A DNA stretch of 64,000 nucleotides from Eledone cirrhosa (taxonomy: Eukaryota). The position numbers and the translations under genes were made by a program. Below are positions 56,144 to 64,000 of the stretch, one piece after another. The notes beneath the pieces are model-generated. The model did not search any database and was not told the origin of the DNA. It saw only the letters and a list, made by a program, of their open reading frames with translations. Position 1 is the first letter of the stretch. Every line of letters starts with the position of its first letter. Location of the stretch: positions 175,708,001 through 175,772,000 of the forward strand of contig OZ024743.1 in NCBI GenBank assembly GCA_964016885.1, read 5' to 3'.

Positions 56144-56399
56144 TGTCCTCCCACCAGATTTTTAGAAAATTAAATAAAAATCGGTTCATCGAATCATGTA
56201 TGTAGAAAAACCGATTACCAACCAGCAAAATCCCAAACCAAGGAGCAATCAGCCCAACCGAGCATGAAGGGCACAACAAATTTCAAAAATACATATTAAA
56301 CAAGCATGCAAGAACGTGAAAGGAAAAAAAACAAATGTAATAAAATGTAAATATAATTTCCTAAAAGTTCCAAAAGTCACTACAGGATTAAAGCACCGC

Positions 56400-59300
56400 A
56401 CAATAGCAGTTTAATAATATACCGTGCTACACAGTTTTGGGGGCCAATGAACCCTCCGACCGGAACGGGTCGTAGTCTTATATATTGGTGATGGGGGTGG
56501 GGCAAAGAAACAGGTGTGTGTGCAAAAGAGAAAGATGGGGGTGTATGTGGCTCAGGTGTGTGAGCATCTGTGTGGGCCCGTTTAAGTCTATCAACCGAAA
56601 TGGTCTCTCTGGATCCCTTAATGTCTACAGTGAAATGTTTATCAGAACGAGCCAACACACGGTAGGGTCCAGAGGACGGTTGTGTGAGAGGTGGTCTCAC
56701 AGCATCGTTTCTTACGAACATATGGGTCCACGAGGCAATATTCCTCGGGACTGCAGATTTTACAGTTTGTTTCCTCGTATCCATCGGCGGCAGGTCCTGA
56801 AAATAAGAACGCAGACGGGATACGTAGGAAAGCGGATCTTGGATAGCAAGATCGACAGGGGCAAGAATTTGCCCAGGCAACGCTAGAGGAGCACCATACA
56901 ATAATTCGACCGGGGAGAACCCAAGGTCCTACTTTATTGATGACCGAATCCCGAACAACACAATAGGGAGGTACTCGCTCCAACGCGTAGAGTCAGGAGT
57001 AGTCCGTAGAGCGGCTTTTAGTTGTTGGGGAAGCGCTCCACCATTCCACTAGATGCAGGATGATATGAAGTTGTTCGGATGCGTTTAGCGCCAATGATCT
57101 TCGTCAATTCGGAGAAAAGATTCGATTTGAACTGTCTTTCACGGTCCGTTGTAATCGTGGTTGGCACTCCAAAGCGGGCAATCCATCCTGATACTAGGGC
57201 ACGCGCTGTCATTTCAGGAGTGATGTCTTTCAAGGGGATGGCTTCAGGCCATCGCGAAAAACGATCAATAACAGTCAACAGATAAGTATGACCACCACTG
57301 ACTGGCCAAGGTCCCACGATGTCCACATGAATGTGCCAGAAACGGGCGTCCGGTGTACTGAAAGTACCGAGCGGAGCCTTAACGTGTTTATGGATTTTCG
57401 ATTTCTGGCAAGCGATGCAGGAACGGCACCAAGCAGTAATATCGCGCCTCATGTTTGGCCAGAAGAATCTGGCTGTTATGAGCTTTACTGTGGCAGAAGA
57501 ACCTGGGTGGGAAATGCTGTGTAAAGCAAGAAACACAGTACGACGATGGTTTAGCGGGACGAATTGTCTCGGTGAATCCACGGAAACGTCGCAGAGAATC
57601 TGTCCGTCTGCGGAGGGCAATGGCAGATATTTCAAATTACTCGTCGCAAATTCGACTGATGTAATATCCAACGATTCCAGTGCAGGTTAGTCTGCTGCCA
57701 AGTGATTTAAATCGATGTCGTGGGATGACGCAATCGAACTGATCGGCAATCGAGACAGGGCGTCAGCCGCTGTGTTCAATGAGCCTGGTATGTGTTGGAT
57801 GTCGTTTGTGAATTACGAGATAAAGTCGAGATGCCTTGTTTCTGTGGGCGAGTACTTGTCGGACTTTGCCCTTAAAGCGAAGGTCAAAGGTTTATGGTCA
57901 GTATAGATTGTAAAACACCTTCCTTCGAGCATATGTGAAAAATGTTTCACAGACAGGTAGATGGCTAACAGCTCCCGACCACAGGTGCTGTAGCGAGTTT
58001 CTGCAGGCTTCAACTTCCTGGAGAAAAATTCCAATGGTTGTTGGTGATCGTCACTAGTCTGTTGTAAGACTGCACCCACTGCAGTATCCGACGCATCAAC
58101 ACAAAGCGAAAGCTTGGCATTGGACACTGAGTGGACCAGCGAAGACGCACTAGCCAATGCTGATTTGGCTTTTTGAAAATCCTCGAGCTGAGTCTGAGTC
58201 AAAGAGATGTCCTTATTTTTCTTGCGGCAATTTTTCAGAATCTCAGTAAGAGAGAAGAGTAGATTAGCACAATGCGGAACAAAACGTCTATAAAAATGTA
58301 TCAGTCCTAGGAATTGTCGCAACTGACGAAGTGAGGTCGGCGGAGGCAAATCCTCTATAGCCTGAACTCGTTGAGGGAGGGGTCGAATACCCTCGGAGTC
58401 AATGACATGACCTAAAAAATTCAGCGAAAACACCGAAAACACATTTTGTGGTATTTATTTGAACACTGAGTCAACAAAACAAAAGATTCAAATGACGAAT
58501 GTGTTCTTCTCTGGAGGAACTAGCAATAAGCAGATCATCAATATAAGTGTAGACGAAGTCTAAACCACGAGTGACCTCATCCATGAACCGTTGAAAGGTG
58601 CTAGCAGCATTCCTAAGTCCGAAAGGCATGGTAAGAAATTCGAATGATCCAAATGGAGTCGTAATGGCCGTTTTCGGAATATCTTCTATCTTGACAGGAA
58701 TCTGATGATAGACTCGCACCAAATCGAGCTTCGAGAATATTTTACATCCCTGCAATGACGATGCAAAATCTTGCAGCTGTGGAATAGGATATCTATCCGG
58801 GACAGTTATAGCCTTTAACCTCCTATAATACCCAGTAGGTCACCAGTCGTCAGAAGTCTTGGGTACTATGTGCAACGGAGAAGCCCAAGGGCTCGTAGAA
58901 GGGCGAATTATGCCTAGCTGCAGCATGTGGTGGAACTCGGACCGTGCTGCCTTCAATTTGTCCGCAGGCAAGCGACGAGGACGTGAGAACACTGGGGCGC
59001 CAGTTGTAGAGATAAAATGCGCCGTTGTGTGAGTCGGTTCGACAACTCGAAAATTGAGTAAGCTGTGGGAAAGAATTCAACAATGTATGATAGGGATTCC
59101 CAGCATTAGCGATGAAAAAGGTCGGGCTAAGTGTTGGAAAATTAGCTTTCTGGTCACGAAAAGAAAAACCAGTAATGTCGTCTACTAGGCGTCGGCCACG
59201 GACGTCCACCGTCAATGCAAAATGGTGTAGAAAATCCGCTCCCAAGTTAGGATATGGTAGGCCAGCAACCGTAAAAATTCATTTGAATTCTCGTCGAAGA

Positions 59301-59520
59301 TTTCTGAATTGCAGAGGAAGCGAGATTTGTCCAAAAGTCCGTATCGGCGAATGATTGACAGCTTGTAGATTCATTGATGACTCAGGAGGAGTTACTGTCA
59401 TACAATTGACAGGCCAAATACTGCACGAAGCTCCTGTGTCTACGAAGAAGGCTCTTCCAGACAGGAGGTCCTCTATGAAGAAATGGCGGTTCTGTTGTTT
59501 CTCGCAGAGTTCACTTGCCG
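56400..59520 (-). pseudogene. Gypsy pol (protease, RT, RNase H, integrase), multiple frameshifts
   Basis: FFVDTGA; [12 protein letters not shown]; DAS, ELLAI, TDHKPL; [33 protein letters not shown]; GPYRV. Confidence 0.93.
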
Positions 59521-59587
59521 CCTTTAGTGACTCTGATTTACATTTCCCGAAGCTGAATATTTACATGGAGGCTGGCAATGTTTTGCT

Positions 59588-60247
59588 TCATCCGCGAAGA
59601 TGGCATGATACCAGCGAAGTAGTATGCTGACGTGGAGTCGCGAAAGAACGCGAACGATTCCTAGGCCGCCAGGAATACGGCCTATTCTCCCTGCATAATC
59701 GAGCGACTTGCTGCGTCAAAGCGTCAATAGCCTTCAACATGGCATCCTCGCGTGTCGAGAAGGGCTGGTTCAAATGAGAGGAAGCAATATGCGAGTCCGA
59801 GGCGGTAGCCTTTTTAGAAAATTCCACGATTCGATCCGCGGAGGCAGTAATTTGCTCCAAAGAGCTGGTGTCCACTATATTTGCCAAAATAATTTGGATG
59901 TTGTTTAGCTGTTCGGGCGATTCACTGAGGTCCCTAATGTGGCGCAAAAATTCGGACGGCGGCCTGTTTCCCAAACACTCGTCCTCCAACAATGAACGAA
60001 ATCTGCTTTCAGCAGAACGTCTGTTCCTTCGGAGAATTTCTTCCCGCAACGAATCATAGGAAATATCGGCCGACGGGTTCGTAATCAAATCTTTCACCGT
60101 TATAGCGAGTGAAGAAGGAATACCACTTATTAAAAAATTGAGCTTCTGCTCGGTTTTCACTTCGTTCGCAGCGAAATAAGCGTCGAGCTGCGCAAACCAG
60201 AGCTTAGTAACACCTGAGAAGGCAGGCAAACCAGGACTCATCGTCAA
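59588..60247 (-). pseudogene. Gypsy gag remnant
   Basis: LWFAQLDAYF..YDSLREEIL..LGNRPPSEFLRHI; located just downstream of the PBS/leader. Confidence 0.8.
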
Positions 60248-60642
60248 TCTATTTCCACAAAGACGAATAAAAGTAAGTAATGTTCAGAACGACGGGAAAA
60301 CAGCACAATTTTCCCTCAACATCCATAAAATTGCCGCAAGCAAAAGAAATTCAGTTACAGTACAAGAAATAGCAGCGAGAGTCCGAAGGGCAGTATCTGT
60401 GATTCGAGATAGTCATTATGATACAAGATGGCGTCACATTTCTTTTCCAAAACAAGGATAGGGTCGCGTGACGAGGCTAAGCCAATCAGATGGCTGCATT
60501 TGAAGAAGAAAGACAATTTGCGGGAAGGTTGGTTGGCCAGTCAGGCATTGTGAAATTTTTTTTTTTTTAACTTTTTGTATTAGACGAACAATTTTCAATT
60601 TAAAACGAATGGCAAAATTAAGTAGGTGGTATTTTCATATTT

Positions 60643-60660
60643 AATCGTCGAAGGTCACCA
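60643..60660 (-). promoter_or_regulatory. Primer-binding site, tRNA-Trp-like
   Basis: TGGTGACCTTCGACG one base after the 5' LTR; resembles the TGGTGACCCCGACG tRNA-Trp PBS. Confidence 0.7.
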
Positions 60661-60661
60661 C

Positions 60662-61029
60662 TTTAGGCGGGGTGGTCAGACATCCCGTCTAACTGGATAT
60701 AGTATACTGGCACATAGTCAAACAAGGAAGATGGAACATACCTCAGTATTATGTTATAGAAACATTTTTTTAATAGGAGCAATTACAGAATATATTCAAA
60801 TACATTAGTGCTCCTAGGTTGGGATATATTTTAGTCGTCATATACTGCCGCGACCGCATGGTGTGATATCGTCTTTTGGATTACTGCGTGGAAAACACGT
60901 CTATTCACCTCGAGGTATCACCTTTCAAGAGCTATTGTTTCAGCTACTGACGTCAGAACGTGACGTCAGAACTAAGGGCAGTTAATCGACTGCCTTCAAA
61001 GTCGACGCAAGATGGCGTGATCTTCTACA
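60662..61029 (-). repeat. Gypsy 5' LTR
   Basis: Starts TGTAG and ends CCTAAA on the minus strand; carries ~36-bp and 12-bp extra segments relative to the 3' LTR. Confidence 0.93.
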
Positions 61030-61204
61030 GTATAAAGAAAAAATGATGAAATCGAAAATGCAACTGGAGTCTTATTTAAAAAAATATATATATTTTTATT
61101 TGGTTCCTTTACCGGTTTCGCAGTTCTTCTGCTTTTCAAAAGTAGATATATATATATTTAAAAAAAAATAAGACTCTAGTTGTATTTTCGATTTCATCTT
61201 TTTT

Positions 61205-61264
<60 letters not shown>

Positions 61265-61349
61265 ATATGTGTGTGCTTCTCTCTCTCTCTCTCTTTTTCT
61301 CTCTCTCTTCCCCTCTCTCTCTCTCTCTCTCTCTTTTTCTCTCTCTCTT

Positions 61350-61402
<53 letters not shown>

Positions 61403-62369
61403 TTGGTTAAAACGCTTGACCTTGTTATTTGAAGGTGAATCTTGTATTATCATGTAATATGACTGATACTATATTTCCATATAGTTTCCATTTACGTAAT
61501 TACATTTGTATGACATTAGTTAACCTCATGCAACAATAGAAGACATTTACCTAATGTTCCACGCCGTGCGACTGAACTCGAAACTGGTTACATAGCAAAC
61601 TCATTAACAATATAGCCACGATGATTCCTACATCGATACAATTTTATGGATATCGATGCTATGGGCCCTTAACTCTAGATGAACCCGACATATTATCTTC
61701 TAGAAATATATATATTAGATGATATAGATACTATCAATTAAGCGCATTCATCATATTGAGAACTTACAGGGACAACATTAGGCATGTTAATATTGTAATA
61801 ATGTATAAAATTATACATTCACGTAATCTCGGTTACCTCTATATGTATATACAAATATAACATAAGTTTACAAAACAAAATATTTCAAATAAAACAGAAC
61901 GTTTTATCTATCCAACAATAAAGTCAGTGTGTCATTTGAAATATCTTGTTAAATTGAAGAACGGCCTTTTAGTTCTTTCAAATGAAATAAAAACAACCGT
62001 AATATCTTACAATAATAACTATTTTTTTCTTGCTTTATATATATATATATTAATAAAAGATCGGAGGCCATATTCATTTGATTCATGTTTATTTAAAACT
62101 CCGTTATACATATTTCACTGAGGACTATTTATACTGAGCTCTTTATATGGCAAAGCCTAAAATAAACATAGAAAGTTCCTAAGAAACCTTTAAAATTTGG
62201 AAAAATCTAATAATTTCCCCGAAAAAATATTTTGTTTTCATGATACAGGCGGCCGACCGAACGCGTGGTGTTGTTTCTTCGACGGCTGGCCCTGTCTTGT
62301 ACCATTTATCTGCTTCACAAACGACAGACCATGGTGTGATCCATACATCCCTGTTCTGTTAACCCCTTA

Positions 62370-62465
<96 letters not shown>

Positions 62466-62618
62466 ATAAATGCTCTGAAATAGCGATATATATGTGAATA
62501 TAGACATAGAATATTCGAAAATATTCTGTATGTTTATAATAAACATTTTGAAGACCTAATCGCTATAGAATAGAATACGTCACGTATTACAATTAGATTC
62601 TCGATAAAAGCAAGGGAA

Positions 62619-62661
62619 GTAATCTACGCGTTTCATTCTTGTTAGAAATCATCAGGACTAC
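62619..62661 (-). ncRNA. Type I hammerhead ribozyme
   Basis: Reverse complement of 63228-63270. Confidence 0.85.
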
Positions 62662-63227
62662 ATATCCAGTGCTTTTATCGAGAATGACACAGCTAGAGAC
62701 TTATAGAATACTTAGCTGTGTACAGGAACTGGTTTGAAAGAGCGGTTGCCGGTCCGGCAGAAATTAGAAATTGGAATAAATGCTCTGAAATAGCGATATA
62801 TATGTGAATATAGACATAGAATATTCGAAAATATTCTGTATGTTTATAATAAACATTTTGAAGACCTAATCGCTATAGAATAGAATACGTCACGTATTAC
62901 AATTAGATTCTCGATAAAAGCAAAGGAAGATTTCTAACAAGAATGAAACGCGTAGATTACTTCCCTTGCTTTTATCGAGAATCTAATTGTAATACGTGAC
63001 GTATTCTATTCTATAGCGATTAGGTCTTCAAAATGTTTATTATAAACATACAGAATATTTTCGAATATTCTATGTCTATATTCACATATATATCGCTATT
63101 TCTGAGCATTTATTCCAATTTCTAATTTCTGCCGGACCGGCAACCGCTCTTTCAAACCAGTTCCTGTACACAGCTAAGTATTCTATAAGTCTCTAGCTGT
63201 GTCATTCTCGATAAAAGCACTGGATAT

Positions 63228-63270
63228 GTAGTCCTGATGATTTCTAACAAGAATGAAACGCGTAGATTAC
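63228..63270 (+). ncRNA. Type I hammerhead ribozyme
   Basis: GTAGTC-CTGATGA-TTTCT/AGAAT-GAAA-CGCG-TA-GATTAC; palindromic stem III ACGCGT; GUA triplet. Confidence 0.88.
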
Positions 63271-63537
63271 TTCCCTTGCTTTTATCGAGAATCTAATTGT
63301 AATACGTGACGTATTCTATTCTATAGCGATTAGGTCTTCAAAATGTTTATTATAAACATACAGAATATTTTCGAATATTCTATGTCTATATTCACATATA
63401 TATCGCTATTTCAGAGCATTTATTCCAATTTCTAATTTCTGCCGGACCGGCAACCGCTCTTTCAAACCAGTTCCTGTACACAGCTAAGTATTCTATAAGT
63501 CTCTAGCTGTGTCATTCTCGATAAAAGCACTGGATAT

Positions 63538-63580
63538 GTAGTCCTGATGATTTCTAACAAGAATGAAACGCGTAGATTAC
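63538..63580 (+). ncRNA. Type I hammerhead ribozyme
   Basis: Identical to 63228-63270. Confidence 0.88.
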
Positions 63581-63700
63581 TTCCCTTGCTTTTATCGAGA
63601 ATCTAATTGTAATACGTGACGTATTCTATTCTATAGCGATTAGGTCTTCAAAATGTTTATTATAAACATACAGAATATTTTCGAATATTCTATGTCTATA

Positions 63701-63738
<38 letters not shown>

Positions 63739-64000
63739 TAAAATCAAGAAGGGTTTTCTGAGGAGGAACGAAAATAATGTTATGTATAAATGCATCTGAA
63801 CATAATTTAAGTGGACGGAGGAGAAAAAATTTTTTTTGTGAATTTTGATTTTTCATATTAAACAAAAATCGTACATTATACCATTTAGGGCTTACTTTTA
63901 TAGACCTTTTCCAAAGGTTTCCATATCCTTCCCCTTTCCCCTTGACTTCTCCAGTATTGTTCGGACGCTGCAAAGTGACACAGTGTACCACCATCCTTCA

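Larger units (their letters stand above)
55824..61029 (-). mobile_element. Complete Ty3/Gypsy LTR retrotransposon (degenerate)
   Basis: Two LTRs; 4-bp TSD GTAT (55820-55823, 61030-61033); PBS; PPT; gag-PR-RT-RH-IN order. Confidence 0.95.
62461..63704. mobile_element. 310-bp hammerhead-containing tandem repeat (retrozyme/pLTR-like): ~1.5 units minus, then ~2.5 units plus
   Basis: Period 310 (62461 vs 62771; 63228 vs 63538), units nearly identical, inversion point near 62929, (TA)n on both sides. Confidence 0.9.

Noticed and set aside
63885-64000. Possible minus-strand host exon ending at AA/GTAAGC
   Set aside because: No recognisable protein similarity and cut by the window edge; cannot be supported.

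Overview
Eukaryotic, repeat-saturated non-genic DNA; I find no host protein-coding gene. The SINE families and dense (TA)n/(TACA)n/(AAT)n microsatellites look like an octopod cephalopod genome, but that is an inference. Layout: (1) 1-14150 is a train of non-LTR retrotransposons joined by (AAT)n tracts, with two Tx1/L1-like elements on the minus strand (one full-length) and three copies of one Dong/R4-like family on the plus strand. (2) 14.6-18.4 kb is a SINE cluster. (3) 18.4-22.3 kb is a higher-order GTN microsatellite. (4) 22.7-30.4 kb holds two further Dong/R4-like families embedded in (TACA)n. (5) 31-64 kb is a (TA)n-rich patchwork of Penelope-like remnants, Helitron ends, an RTE fragment, a complete but degenerate Gypsy element (both LTRs, GTAT TSD) and about ten intact or degenerate type I hammerhead ribozyme motifs. 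The main candidates for a second look are a 310-bp hammerhead-containing tandem array inverted at the ribozyme (retrozyme-like); a small-element family whose hammerhead core strand appears overwritten into a near-perfect palindrome in separate copies; a recurrent pattern of fold-back junctions falling on hammerheads; and microsatellite partitioning among LINE families, with a SINE 3' tail resembling the Tx1 3' end. All alignments and folds were done by eye, and coordinates of degenerate elements are approximate.
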